A stretch of DNA of 64,000 bases from Tubulanus polymorphus (lineage: Eukaryota > Animalia > Nemertea). Below are positions 49,653 to 64,000 of the stretch, piece by piece. Under the pieces are notes generated by a model. The model was not told the DNA's origin. It was given only the letters and a program-made list of their open reading frames with translations, and made no database searches. Positions within the stretch are counted from its first letter, which is position 1. The number at the start of each line of letters is the position of its first letter. The stretch is taken from positions 30,538,150-30,602,149 of the forward strand of contig NC_134026.1 in NCBI RefSeq assembly GCF_964204645.1, written 5' to 3'. The position numbers and the translations under genes were made by a program.

Positions 49653-52600
49653 CTTCGCTGCCTGTAATGATAAACAACTAGAACTTAAGTCAACTTTGTC
49701 AGCGACGCTTTTAGTTTGTGTATGTATATATGAGCGAGTGAACGACCTTATTCCATTCATTCTTTACTATAGCACCTCCATTGACTACGAGGGTCTTTTA
49801 AAGTAAAAGTCAAATATGAAAACAGGTCGTTGTATTATTCGGATGTATTATCACTGACAACCCGTGAATTGAAATGAAAATTTATACGTTCAAATTCAAC
49901 TATCGTAAGTTTTGGTTAAATCATGGACTCTAACACAATTCGTAGAACGGTTAAACACAGCTATTTGAATGACGTGAAATGAAATTCGAATTGATGTAAA
50001 TCATGGTAAAGGGTGTGGCCTTTTATACTACATTAAACCGCATTGAAGCTGCCTCGAAAAATTTCTGAAAAACTCATCACCCCCTTCCTCCTATCTCTCA
50101 TCCTCTTCCTGACTATATGGACCGCTTAAATACAAATCACCAAAAAGAAACTAACAGTCGTGTTACTGAAAAATTCACAGTCCGTTTACTGACTGTCCCT
50201 CCATATCCTTCCCTCCCCTTGACTGTGGATATTGAAATAAATAGGAAACTAAACTGCAGCCCTGTTACTGACACTTATTGACTATCCCCTGCTGTTCTAC
50301 TATCCCTCCTTCCCCTTGCTTGTGGATTTTGTAAATACAAATCATGAAAATACAGTCGTGTTACTGACTCAGAGTTGTAGTAAATCTACACAACATTTTT
50401 CTGTCCCTTGTCAAACTGCGTACATATGACAGAATATGAACTGACAGTATATCAGATTCTATCAGATTCTATCGATATATGATATGGAAAAATGATCACA
50501 GTTTATGCATTGATATTTGCGACCAGTTTTTATATAGCAGTCAGTCGCAGTTTCATAAATCAAGCTTATTTTCGACGTTTCGTCTGATTATATATAACAA
50601 GCACGTATTGGATTGTGTCGTTTCGCGGTATATTCCCTAACGGTTTATGTTTAGCCAATAACTCGAGATTCTGTCGCCAATATTCCTCTCTACTCAAATC
50701 CCATTATGGATGATCATCCTGGGTCGGCTTACACGAAGCCGAATATAGACCATGTCGGAGAAGATGGCCGCCTCCCTGTGACATCATTAAATTGACTTGA
50801 TCTTAAAGTACTTTCACACCCAAACAGTTAGAAGTCAATTCCGTGATGTCAAAGGGGGATTTTTCTCTGATTTTCTTTTCAATTCGAGAGTTTTACTCTA
50901 AGACGCGTAATAGGCGTTCACACTTTAAACTGACAACTTTTGAACAGGGTCCAGGGTAGCTATTCTTCTAAAACGGAAGATTTCCTGAAATCTGAAATAT
51001 CTCGATCAACTTTATCAATACCTTCCGAGTCACGAAAAAAGGTGAATTGAATGCGTTTCAATCCGATGCCACACCCTAGCACTAGATATACCTACATACA
51101 CAACCTATCGGCAGTTTAGGGCGACCTAGCCATAAAGTAAAATTCCTCTACGTAAAAAACCCACACCCGAAAATCACTCATTAAAACAATACCGTTTAAT
51201 TATAGAATCATAGATATTTTCATAGATAACATTTTGAGTTTTGTGATTATCTGCTCATTACATCCTCTCTCCGATCAATGGTACACACTTATTGATTAAA
51301 CAGTGAGAGACGCCCTTTTCATACAAACCTATCGAAATACTGCGGTTACATTATTTATAATTGCCCAATCGGTTTCACTATTTGTGTACGCGCTTAAAAA
51401 ATACATGTCACAGCGACTCAAACACATGGATGAAATATTCTACACAGGTTATGATTTATTTCCACGTTACGACTTGATCCTAATCGTCATCTTCAGGAAT
51501 TTTAGTGTCATAATCAAGCAATAAGATGTGATACAAATAAGGGTTAATAATGATACATGAAAAACGTTTTCCTGAAGATGACAGGATAAAGTCAATATGT
51601 CGAATAAATGTGTGTCTATTTACCGTTTGTTTGATGTAACAATTATCCAAATAATTGTCTACGAAAGAGCTCGAATAAGGTTAACACGGCTCCTCGACAA
51701 CTCGGCAAAGAAAGGTTAAGAAAGATTATGATGGATAGAAAAAGTCAAAATACAACTTCGTACGCATAATCAACAGCAATTCAATTAATATGAATTCTGG
51801 TTTTAATGTATATGTATTTTTTTTCGAGAGATAAGTGACGTCAAATGTCAAATAGCTGGCGCGTTGTAATTGATGAATAATCGTATATAATCAACGTATC
51901 ATTTACAGATTGAAATATACGAGGGATTGGTTTATAAGATAGATAATTTGAATACTGCCAACGGCGTATAAATGTATATACGAGGTCTTTATGTATACCA
52001 CACCCAATTTGATATTACCGCACTGTTACCCAGCGTAGTGCCGTCGTACGCCTAGTTTTCACTGGTAAAAATGTGCACGTTTAAAAATTCAACCAGGGGC
52101 TCGTGATATTCTAAGTAGTAGAAACAATAACCCGCATAATCATTATATAAAATCCAGTAATTAAGAATGAGATATAAATTCCGAAATGTTTCCTCTTAAG
52201 TTGTGTGGTATAGTTTATTCGAGTCCATCTTCAGGAAATCAAGTCGAAACATGAAATAAAGTCTAGGAAACATTTCGGACTCTATCTTTCTTTCTTAACG
52301 CAGAATTTTTTATATCATCTTAAAAAATTATAATAATGATTTGTAATTATGAATTATGATAATGACTCATTAAATAATGAGTAAGCCCTTGGTTAAAGAT
52401 AATTACCGGTCTATAAAACTGACCCTTGTTTCGGGTTAGATACTTCAGAGCATTTTAGCCTATACAACACGCGTGATCAGTCTAAAATCCCGACTTCTCT
52501 TCAAGAACTAGAGTAACTGGACGCTCCTGACCCCTGTTCATCAAAATATTAGATCTATTGCGCATAGCTTTTCAATTCAGTAACTATTACGTGACTCGAA

Positions 52601-53877
52601 CTTCGAATATCTTCTACTAAATTTGAGTTTTGATTCAGATGCAAATGAACTGTAATCAATCATTCCGTACTGAGAGGATGGACTTACACTTTGCAACGGC
52701 ATCCAATGCCGTGGAATTAATTTATCAAAACCGTCTTTTCTTTAAAAAGTAGTAAATACACGTCTCATCAATTTCAAAATGGATCCAACATTCTCTAGTA
52801 ACTGTTGAATGATTAATGATTAGACGGATTCTACTATCTAATCCCACACTGAAGATCAGCGTTAATCAAAGATTAGTTAGATCTATTAAAACATAAACGA
52901 CTGACTGTGAAAGCATGAGATATTTCTAGATGAGAATTTCACTGATTAAACTTGAAGCAATGTCCTACGCTCGAAGGACCCTAAATATTGAGAATTAACA
53001 GCGAAACATCCGTTTGTTACACTTACAGGTGAAACGCTTCTAACCATCTTCAGAGAGATTTACTTGAAACGGAATGGATTTCAAATAAATCTCTGAAGAT
53101 GGTTAGAACTACCCTAACCGAGTGTCACTGATTTATAGTTGTTAATTGTCAACATTATGGGTATATTATTAATAGACTACGAAATGTATACATCTGATTG
53201 CGAAGAATAACGTCTCTCAATGTTTATATATATAAAGTTAGTTAATTTAGTTTATTATGTATATATATATATACTGCTAGGTTGAAAGCAAAATTTTCTT
53301 AAATTAAATGACGGATATTCCTCAAATAGAGCTGAAATCCATCAGGGCTTCCCTCCTCGGTGTGAACAATTTTTGAAGAAATAAACCCGAAAAGTTGCAC
53401 TTCAAAGAGGTTTAATGTCACAGGTTTTAACGATTTCTGTCTTGCCAAAAATGGACAACCTCAAAGTAAATACAGGGGTTCGAACCCCAGAAATCCCCCC
53501 CCCATTTTATTATCTGGAATCATTCGGAAAAATAGATAAATGAATACATACCCGACCAATTCGGTGCTGTGAGACTGACTCTCTGCTATCCTCACACGGC
53601 AGTTACTGCGAGTCTACAGCCACACCCGGCATCGTGTGGTTCCATTCGATACAATAATCAGCTGCCACACAATCGATTCCTATGAGACAAATTAGCGACA
53701 TACTCGCGCGCTCTCTCTCCATCTACAGAGTTTAAACTCGCCGCTTGCTTGAGAGCTGCATCTCTATCACCTCATGTTCAGTATCGATATCGCTGTATCG
53801 GTCACATGGAATCCGGGAATATGGATTCCAAAACTCGAAGGAGTAGAAGGCATTCAGTACCTACTGGACCCCGGACT

Positions 53878-53972
53878 GGATCCAGTGCCGCAGTTGTCAG
53901 TTACAAAAATCACCTCATTTTCATCGAGTTAACTTTGAGTCAAACCTTAACTCACAACTGTAGAACTGGAAT
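53878..53972. mobile_element. About 100-bp MITE (GGATCCAGTTCCACAGTT-type termini), inverted copy at 56802-56903
   Basis: The internal aaaatcacctcattttcatcgagttaa..gagtcaaa matches the reverse complement of 56830-56872. Decayed relatives occur at about 220-310, 380-480 and 31410-31515. Confidence 0.7.
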
Positions 53973-54291
53973 GCAAGTGAAGATTTGTAAAAGGGTCCGA
54001 CGCGTATTGGTACCGAGATCCTATGACAACCTCAGTCTTTAAGTGTCCAGGGAGATGCGACTGAAAGTCGAACGGGTTGAGAATTCGTCATACACTCGTT
54101 TCCACGGGAGTTTGATCGGGTAACGTGAAAGAAAGTTGGGAAGAATATTTGGGGCGGTAGATTCAGAAATGATTAGAAATGATTAGGCCTATCTCTTAGC
54201 GAACAGAAATGAAGAATAGCACGATAAATAACGATCATTGATTTTTAAAGAGATATTTTACAAAGTGATCATTATCGCATTAACGATCATA

Positions 54292-54650
<359 letters not shown>

Positions 54651-55888
54651 CTATGTTTTTGTTGCATCCAACGAAGTCATCAATTTGTCATCACAAACAA
54701 AATCAGCCGCCCGACTGGCGTCACCACGAGTTTATATATCACCCACGAGGATTAGAAAGTTGTCACATAACCGAAGTCGCCTCTTTTTTAAGTATATGTG
54801 TATTTGCAATTGAATTTGCTAAGTGTAAGTCCTCATTTGGATAAGTCCTGGCAGTGTGGCTGTCTCCACAGTGACCTACGTCGCTCTACGATCCAAGTGT
54901 AACCATCATCAGACACTAAGGTTCTTGGCGAAGTTAAGTCATGGTCAAGAACCAAAACATATTATTTTCAAAACGATTTTGTCTCATGATATATCATATA
55001 CTTAGTTTTATTCTCAAAAACTTTTAAATATTTCTTCACCAGTTTCTAGATATACAATGTAGCAGTTTTGATATGTTAATGCAGAATGCGCCAAGGAGAA
55101 CATACAAATACATTGTCGGGTTTAATAAAAAGCCCCAGTGCACAAATAACTCAATTTCTAGGTTACATGTTCAAACGGTAAAACATTGAAAATAAGAAAC
55201 TTTTTTCAAACCACAAGATAATGAAATAAATCAAATGATAGAAACAACGGAACTAAACTGCTACACAACTGAATTAAGCTGAATATAGAAATTAAAATAC
55301 AATGAACTGGACCGATTACAAAAAAACTGAACCGATTACAAATTGAAGCATGGTGAAACCGAGAATGCGGAAAATATCAAGCGAATTCATATGGCAACGA
55401 TCTGACGTAATTTTGGCCGTTTTCTATGATATTTTACTTCATTTATGACGGTCAGTATGACGCGTGTCACATCATTAACAAAATTTAAAAAGAATTCCCG
55501 AGAAACCAGGATATCTAAACTAAGACGTATGACTTAGATTGTGGGATTTAACTATTCTATACTCTCAGCATTATAGGCTATCACCATTTTATTGAAAAAA
55601 AAACACCCGAACCTTCGCTAAAAATACTATATTCATCGTGGAATATATTTAAAAATGTATCACCAGCAGTAATTATGTATGTATATAGTTAAATATCGAA
55701 TATCTAATACATGAAAATATGGTCGGTTTCTTTATTTCACAAATACGAACAATTCTGTTTACTTTGAGCAGGATTTCTATATAAATGTTTGTATATATTG
55801 TAAGGATGGAAGCCACAGATAGTATGAGTAAAAGCGACAATATTCTATCATATATAAATGTATTAACCGAAGGTTGTTCGTCATTTTA

Positions 55889-56104
55889 TTACAAGATGTC
55901 ACAGGATATTTTCTTCGCTTTGAACGGGTTATCATTGACTGGGAAAATCAACGGATCGTTCTGTAAACCTTCCTGGCAAAACTTCACCATTTGAGCGATC
56001 GTTTTAGACATCGGTTCACGCTGAATTTTACAATACTGCACTAATTCGCTTCGATCGTCTTGGTATTTCTGGATTAATTCAGATGTTCTACCTTGATAAG
56101 ACAT
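55889..56104 (-). CDS. G-protein gamma subunit C (divergent), 71 aa, CaaX CDIL
   Basis: MSYQGRTSELIQKYQDDRSELVQYCKIQREPMSKTIAQMVKFCQEGLQNDPLIFPVNDNPFKAKKISCDIL has the R..S, DPL, NPF and CaaX motifs. The acceptor CTTAG lies 15 nt before the ATG. Confidence 0.9.
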   Translation of the reverse strand: MSYQGRTSELIQKYQDDRSELVQYCKIQREPMSKTIAQMVKFCQEGLQNDPLIFPVNDNPFKAKKISCDIL

Positions 56105-57259
56105 GGCGTTCTTTCTTTCCTAAGCGAACGATAGAAAACAATTTACTACGATTTGTTTCTGATAGACACTAATAATTCGTGAAAGATATGTTGAAATGTA
56201 GACGGATGAACCCCAGACGGCGATGTTTATGAGGACTGTGGCAAGTGAGGATTCCGCTTGTGGTAAGCGAGGATCCACCGGGTGTCGGCGCCGATATCAA
56301 TTGAAATCTATCCAAAATCGTTCTCGAATTCCGTGAATGATAAATAAAACACGCGATCAAAGCGATTAGTGTTTATGCCTCGTATTTCTGATGAGGGGGC
56401 TAAAAATCTCGTAAGATGAACTAAATTCTGAACGAATTGATGCGCTCGCCATCTAGCGGAAAAGCCGGTGGACACGGGATCCTCGTAGATACACTAGATG
56501 AATCCAGTTACAGTGATTAACTTTGACACAGTATTTCATCATTGCATGTGACGATATATTTTATGAAACAGCCTAAACTACGTGGCGTCAATAAACTCGT
56601 TGCTTTCTATATAGTTTTCACTTGATTTTGAGAGTAATTTCGCTTTCAGAAAACAATAGGGGATCATCCTACATTTAAATACATGTATTCAGTCTCAGAA
56701 GGGGAAGATGTCGATTCTGTTGTTTTGCGGTGCATATACGTGAAGATTTAAGATAGAGGAGAGATAGCGACTCGAGGCCGTAAAGGGTTTATCTTTATCA
56801 GGGATCCAGTTTCCACAGTTATGAGTTAAGATTTGACTCAAGAATTAACTCGATGAAAATGAGGTGATTTTAATTCTAACTCACAGCCGTGCAATCCGGG
56901 TCCTGGAGATTATTCAAGCGTTTGATATTGTATCACCGCAGTAGGAAAGGGTAAAGCACGTATTAGTGGTGTATATAAATTACTTACCGTATTTGACGGA
57001 TGGTGCATTGAGGTGAAATAGTGAGTACCACAACCGTTGGAAAAATACCGTTACCACAAAATGATAGCTTCAGTTCGCAAATAAAAGTAGATATGATTAT
57101 GTAATAATGGATCGCAATGCAGGGTCGTCAATGATTAGATGACGCGTCGTACAGTGTCCTGATTCCTGACGAAACCACGAATATTATACATATAATTGTG
57201 TGAATTCCTGCAGTAATCTGTGGAGTAGTCTGCGCTGCCTCATCAGTAGCAGTAGTCTG

Positions 57260-57518
57260 CAGTCCTGAACCAGACAATTCTTTATAGTATGCTGATAAAA
57301 TACCTGTCTCGGGTGTAAGTCCTGGTCTGAACACTGCCTCCTAGCTCGACAGCAGGTATCAATACGCAGCCCTGAACCGGACGATTCTTTATAGTATGCT
57401 GATAAAATACCTGTCTCGGGTGTAAGTCCTGGTCTGAACACTGCCTCCCAGCTCGACAGCAGGTATCAATACACAGCCCTGAACCAGGCGATTCTTTAAA
57501 GGGTGCTGATAAAATATC
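57260..57518. repeat. Tandem duplication of about 107 bp (2.3 copies)
   Basis: cctgaacc..attctttatagtatgctgataaaatacctgtctcgggtgtaagtcctggtctgaacactgcctcc.agctcgacagcaggtatcaatac recurs at about 57264, 57371 and 57478. Confidence 0.9.
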
Positions 57519-58159
57519 TAATGCGACATGTGAAGTGTGGGCGATAAAAAATTGAGGGTAATGTAACTAATGACCGAATGGATGCAGGGTCCAAGGCTGA
57601 GGGTCAAGGCTGAGGCAGCAATTCGAACTAGAAAAACAATCCATCAACAGAGAATCAAACAACAATCTTTATACATAAATCAAATGATAAAACAAGAATG
57701 GAAAACTAACCATACAGAAAAGAAATCTTTATTTCATAGTAAAAAGTTTCAATATTATCAATTTAAAGCCTGTAGTTTGGAATGTGAAAACTGGATGAGA
57801 TTCAGCATCAAAATTAAAGCTACTTTAATGAAACATGTTTTCAGTGACGACTTCCCCGGAACATAAATATCTTCATGAAACTGAATCATTGCACAAAATA
57901 AATAGATTATAAATACATATGTATGTTTGTATAGTGTAGAACTGTGACTGGATGGAACAAACAGTAGACAGCGTACTCGTCTCAGAGCTCACCGTACCAT
58001 AAATACCCTCCGAGGTACAACACGTAAATTCCGGGACAGTCAAAGCAAGGATGGGTCGTTATTACAATGAATCCGAAAACGAAAATGTGTAATTGATTAT
58101 CCAGGGTCGACACAGTCTACTGTAGTTAGAGTACAAACATAAACATGGTTTTTTTTTAC

Positions 58160-58372
58160 TTATAAAATTTCACATGATTTCTTTTCTTTGAACGGGTTTT
58201 CTTTAACCGGTATGATTAACGCATCTTCGTCGAAATGATCGTAACAGAATTTCATCATTTGTTCGATACTGACAGAAACACGTGTTCGTTGTAGTTTACT
58301 GTGTTCTATCAACTCCGACCGATAATCGACCATCTTCTGAACGAATTCGGGACCGCTTCCTTGAGACGCCAT
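58160..58372 (-). CDS. G-protein gamma subunit D (divergent), 70 aa, CaaX CEIL
   Basis: MASQGSGPEFVQKMVDYRSELIEHSKLQRTRVSVSIEQMMKFCYDHFDEDALIIPVKENPFKEKKSCEIL. The acceptor TTATAG directly abuts the ATG. Confidence 0.9.
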   Translation of the reverse strand: MASQGSGPEFVQKMVDYRSELIEHSKLQRTRVSVSIEQMMKFCYDHFDEDALIIPVKENPFKEKKSCEIL

Positions 58373-58561
58373 CTATAATAACAAATAACACGATGAATCA
58401 ATTCATAACGAGTAGAGTTGTAGTAATTAAATAATGATAGATGTGCAGTTGTAAGAGTTAGTTATAAACAAACTCGCGTAAGTCGTTGTCTTTCAGTTCT
58501 TATTTCTTTTTCCAATTCAATGTACATTTAAAGTCATCATTTGGATAAGTTATCCATATAA

Positions 58562-58780
58562 GGCTAAAAAAAATTGATACCTTGTTTCTCCGCTCTGCTG
58601 AGCTTAAATGTTGACCCGGCCGGCCGCCTATCTACCCATACATTACTTTTTTAAAAATCGTGATCAATTTTACCATAACAGACCCGGCCGCTATAGAAAT
58701 GAACTGTTTATGAATTTTATCATATTTTACAAAAATGACCCGGCCGCTGCGGAGAAACAAGGTATCATTTTTGTTTAGCC
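58562..58780. mobile_element. PIF/Harbinger MITE, second (inverted) copy, TSD TAA
   Basis: taa|ggctaaaaaaaattgataccttg ... caaggtatcatttttgtttagcc|taa, the reverse complement of 38880-39098. Confidence 0.9.
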
Positions 58781-61700
58781 TAATAGTCATTCCAACTATG
58801 ACACCGTTTAAGCGAGTTTCACTGATATTGAATATTTATCAAAAAATAAGTTTGTTAAGAGTCAACTATAAAACTAACATAAGATAAGAATTAAATCTAA
58901 GAGAAACTGATATCCGTCCTAATGCATGATTATAATCTCAGCGTTAACATGAAGGCCTGTGTTATATATTAAACGATGAATTTGGATGTTATTACGTGCT
59001 TACCTTTTTCAGAGTAAGAGCTATAAACTGCTGGTTTCAGAGTAACAACTACGCCCGGTTTGGTTAGTGTTAGCAGGGAATTCATCCCCAGCACATCCCA
59101 GCGAACTATTACTATATATACATGTTTGTAGTACGGTTTACACCACATGTACAAGTCATTAAAAGATATGTTTTTCTGATTATTAGCAATAGAGAAGGAA
59201 GATGTGAAGGTTAGGTTTAATAGGGTTGAATAGGGAATGATAGGGATCCTTAACCACAAACATGCATTAGGAAGGTAATAGATAATTGACAGTTAATCGT
59301 CAGTTTTGAGATATCTTTCCAATCATGAGGAAGTGAAGTGTTTATCATGTTGTAATTATTCTATAATACTAAAAAAAAAGTGCATTGATTTCAAAATAAT
59401 AAAATCTAACTAAAACACGAGCAAAACAACAGAACAACAAGACACATAGGGCCAGCGCTTCAACCATATAGGCCTACACGACATTTTATTATGAAAGACC
59501 CCGATCCAGACCAGTTAACTAGGATCCATTCAACATCGGGCAGGCACAAATGATCTGCATTCAGCTGTCGGATCAACAGTATTTGGGGATAAAATAGTGT
59601 CACAGAAATATTCAAAACTAATTTTATTAATTTGATTGAGTTGTTAAAACTGACCATCTATATACATAAATAAGACTTACTTTAATGAAGTAACCTTGAT
59701 TTATAAATGAAGATCTTGTTCAAATAATTGCAGTCTGTGAAATCTGAAAGATGTAGAAATATATGATTTCATCAACTCATCACTGTTGTTGTATCAGTTC
59801 AGAAAACTCCCAACAATTCTAGACTAAATGTTAGTTTTTTATGACAGATCTAGTGAGGTATTGTTGATGCGGAATGAGCGCCGCACAGGGTATAACTTTC
59901 AGGTAACACGCTGAGCTTTTCTGACAGGAAGGACCTGTTGTTTGGAGCTCAAACCCATCAACTGTTGTCATTGAGTGATGAGAGAAGGCACTCGACCACT
60001 TTGGCTCCCGTGATGGGCCCAATCACCATCCGGCAAACACCACCTTTTTCTCTTCTTACTTTATCATTACTACTAATAAATGTAATGCTATAAACATAGT
60101 TAATAACCTTGACTTTACTCTACTGTAAAATTTCAATGTAATTTGAAATGTTATATTTTACGAAGGCTATAAAACATTGCTATGTAGACAAAACACTTGT
60201 ACAGGAAGTAAAATGGTAAACACGACATAGCCTTTGCCTATACCATATAGGCTAATAAGGTACTGCCTCCACTTGACCTTCTCATCTTCCTATCAACATG
60301 TGACTCTGAAAACCTAGCTCTATATTACAATTAAAACCTGCTGCCTGGTTAAAGCCTACCTTAATCTAATTAACGTTTAGGAAAATGAGTCTACGCCTTG
60401 TTTGCTTGCCGATTGAAATAAAATGGTGGCGAATGATCGTGGTTGGGGTGGCTCCAGCCTCCACACAACGCGATGTGAGAAAAATTCTTGGCTACCGAAT
60501 GAGTTGTCGCAATACAGAATTCATGAAACCGGATCGGTATAGAACCAGCGCACCACTCGCCTCCTATCATGTCACAGATTTAAATCAGATATACTAGATA
60601 TACCAAATGTCATTGCAAAGTCAGGCGGGGTTTTCAACCAACCCGTACTTGTAGTTGTGTATACGCCGACATTTGACGATGTAACGAAACCAGTTCTAAT
60701 ATTTTTCGGAGCATTCCTATAATTGTATTGCATTATTGCATCATCACGTTGTTGTAATCTTCATTGCATAACTATTATCAAACTATCCCGGGTTATCCTT
60801 GGAGTAATTATCTTCTAAAGGGTATAATTACTGCGACGTAGAGTGAGAGATTACAGTATCCACTGAGATATATTTCCTGTTCTGCTCGGGAATGAGGACA
60901 ATTACACAACCAGGCACTCGTGGTGTCCGGGTTCTGGGTTCAGGCGGCTGAGGAACTTGGAAGTCACTATTCAGTTCACGGTATTTTCTACTAAGAAGAA
61001 ATTGAAAATTAGGTCCTACGCTTTCAATTGCGAGGAACTTAAAAATAGAGAAAATTAAGGGCGGATTTGGGATGGGAGAGCCCATTGTGCCAAGACTGAA
61101 ATCCATCAAATGGTTTTTCTGAGTGTGGGAGTGCAGAGACGTACAAATTCATCAACTTTTTGGGTCCCGTTTATTGGTGCATTTTCAGTGCTGGAGTGCG
61201 CCTAATACATATATTGTCATATTGGACAATAAAGTGTCATTTTGGGATATGACAAGTTCTTCAAAGGTAGCCCCATGGATCTACGCCTGACGTATTACGT
61301 TCAACATGTATAATTAACACGTTTAAGTGCGATTCGTGCTAATTACCGGTTCGAATTATCAATTTACAAACCGACATTTTCCTGGGTGAAACTGTTATCA
61401 CCTCTAATTATAAGTAGAGATTGGTTTAATATGTTCCCATGACTACAAATTCCATTTTCAAAACATTACAAGAAAATAGTTCGGAGGCATGGAAACGTAT
61501 CAAACAGAATGGAGGATCTATTTTCTCTATTTTAAACTGAAGTTTGTAAATTGGATTTAATAAAGCGACTGCACTGATCATTTTATTCGCCAAAAACTGA
61601 ACGAAATATTTAAGAAAAACTATTTGCAAGAATTAAAAAATGTGAGGTGAAATCTCGAGTATTGCGGGTGGGTCACAAAAGGTTCATATTCTGACAAAGG

Positions 61701-63627
61701 TTACGACGTCCTTGGAATTTGTGTTCATACTTGCACGTACGCATCCTTACCCCGCAGCAGGAAAGCGTTACCGAGGTTACCCAACTATTTATATTGACAA
61801 ACATCTCTCGCTGGCGTTAATGAAACCGGTGGTCGACTAGGACACTGGTGGTGATGAACCCATCAAATCGGGCATCATCAGAAATATCAACTCATCACGC
61901 TAATGCGTATTCTTTATCATTCACCTTGAGCGTATCACGGCTCAGCCCCGGCCGTAGTTTCACACATTTACGTCTCAACGGTAAAATACATGTAGGCTTA
62001 CTCCAGAATAAAGTTTATCCATTCCTACACACTGAAACGATGTTTCTAAACATTATATGAGTCACTTATCTCTGATTAAACTTGAGTGAAAGAAGACCTT
62101 TTCTAGTGGTCATTCAATAATGTTTATAACGGAATGAAATGGGATGTTACCGTTTGACGCCTTTTTAGGATTCTCAAAATTGTCACCGAGTCTTTGCATC
62201 CAACGTCCAATTGAAAGACATTAGTATAGATTGTCCAGTTAATTCACTATTAATTAACACAGCGGAACCTCGTTATAACTAACGATCCACAGAATACGTA
62301 GAATTTTGTCCAAATAAAACGATCTCAACGAGCTATTATTGTTATACTGGTTATAACGAATTTTCAGGTCCCGTGAAGTTCGTTTGTGTTAAGTGAGGTT
62401 CCAGTGTAGAAAGTCGAACTCGGTCCGAACGAAATCCGATTCAATTTATAAGAATTAACGAGAATATAACATTAAAAAGAAATTTATTATTCGCGAGTAT
62501 CAACAAACATAATAAACGATTTTTACATTATAAAGTCTAGAGAAAACCAGTTTTATTACTTCAGTCTAAAACCGGATAACGCGAGAGAGGCATTTCCTGG
62601 AATCTGTTCGCGTATAGAATTAGGGTGGGAGGTCTGGTGATCGCTCGCTCGCTCGCTCGCTCGCTCGGCATACATCCAATGTGTCACCAGAACCGTCCTT
62701 TATTTTTGATTAATAATCCAATGAAACAAATAAACAAAATAATTTTACGAAGAAACGTTCGATACTATAGTAGTGTTAATCAACTCGTTCGAAATCACGT
62801 ATCTATTACGTCAGTGTCACTGTGACGTCACAGATCGCTAATGATGTTTACTACACGAGAATCCAACCAGTCGCGATAGAAATGTCACCTTTGCCGCTTC
62901 CTATTAGTACACAGCGATAAACACTATGTTTACGATGAGAGATAACCTTCACGTAGCGATATTTCCTCCCGAAAATTCCATCGAAAAACAACAGTTCCAA
63001 CGAGCTTCCGACGTACGTCCAACGACTGTCGGTGTCAGTAGTTGTAAGTTCTGGGTTCTAGGAACCACTAAAATGTGTTGATGTTCTGTTTATCTGCGGA
63101 AAACAAACTCGGCTGTTTATCGTTTCCGTTTCGTAGTAATCTCTCACATCACACACACCAGAGAGCCGACTTGTAAATATATATGTAAAATGCGTATCTG
63201 GCGTTTGACAACTGTAACAGGAAAATTAAATCATGTTTAATTAACATCCTTATAAACAATCATTATTTTTATCGATATTAGAAATGATTATATGTGTTCA
63301 GGCTCGAGTTGCTCAAAGTTAAGCTGATTAAATTACTGATAAATGACAATTAAAACATCATTGCTACCACTTTGTAAATCCGACATTGAACAACCGATGC
63401 CTGGAGGTTTAACTTCAACTGATGCTTACCCTTTATAAAGACTGTACAAGGCGCATAGTATTATGAATATATTTTAAGTCGAGACCCGAATTTATTTAGC
63501 CATCCATCGGCTCATCTCTGTCTGACTCCAGTACTGTATCTCTGGAGTTACCAGTCGTCAAGATGACGGGTCATCAAACCATCTTCTCATAGATTAAATG
63601 CCATAAAAAATCTAGAAATATCTGTTC

Positions 63628-63938
63628 AGACGGTTAATGGGATCATTGGATGCGGATCATCGCAGCATACTTGTTTATAGTAATGCATTACATCCTCATC
63701 AGCATCACTCGTTGCATTCGGGAACTGTAAAACAGAAATATAAACGAAACATTAATTTACAGGATTTAGAGATGTGGATTCGAACCCGATGGTATTGAGA
63801 CTCGGTCGTGGTACTTACGCGAACAGTGATGCAGCTAAAATCTTCAGTTGATAAAGCACGACCTGCGGCGATGTCGTTGTCATTAACTGCTGCTTTTTTG
63901 TCGCCGAGAAGTTTCACCAACTTTTCCGTGCGATCAAC
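63628..63938 (-). CDS. Probable internal or terminal exons of an unidentified gene continuing beyond the window
   Basis: TTTTGCAG|GTTGAT.. (VDRTEKLVKLLGDKKAAVNDNDIAAGRALSTEDFSCITVR)|GTAAGT at about 63818, then TTTTACAG|TTCCCG.. (FPNATSDADEDVMHYYKQ..). The frame is assumed and the family was not recognised. Confidence 0.45.
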
Positions 63939-64000
63939 CTGCAAAACACGCCAGTTATATTCTATATCAATAAATCGCCTGAAGGCAAATGGTATATCGG

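Noticed and set aside
58800-63400. A fifth G-gamma copy or another gene upstream of paralog D
   Set aside because: I found no NPF/CaaX-type ORF or coherent exon chain, and the short ORFs here look non-coding.

Overview
AT-rich genomic DNA from an invertebrate animal, probably a spiralian (inferred from gene content), with GT-AG spliced genes. In order: (1) the 3' part of a multi-exon receptor-type tyrosine phosphatase (EGF repeats, F-type/F5-8C lectin, FN3 repeats, TM, PTP D1/D2; +, to 18697) with an intronless antisense TRIM (RING/B-box/coiled-coil/propeller) gene nested in one intron; (2) a tandemly duplicated three-gene cassette [flavin reductase(+), PAN/C-type lectin(-), PGRP(+)] in which the two units lost complementary genes; (3) CABLES (-); (4) a GT31 beta-1,3-galactosyltransferase-like gene (-); (5) four divergent G-protein gamma genes in tandem (-), each a single coding exon with a splice acceptor just before the ATG, interspersed with a repeat carrying CTCF-like motifs; (6) exons of an unidentified gene at the right edge. 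MITEs, minisatellites, tRNA-like repeats and hammerhead-like palindromes fill the gaps. The best candidates for new biology are the G-gamma array and the duplicated immune cassette. Exon boundaries were read by eye and may be off by a few bases. No database search was run.
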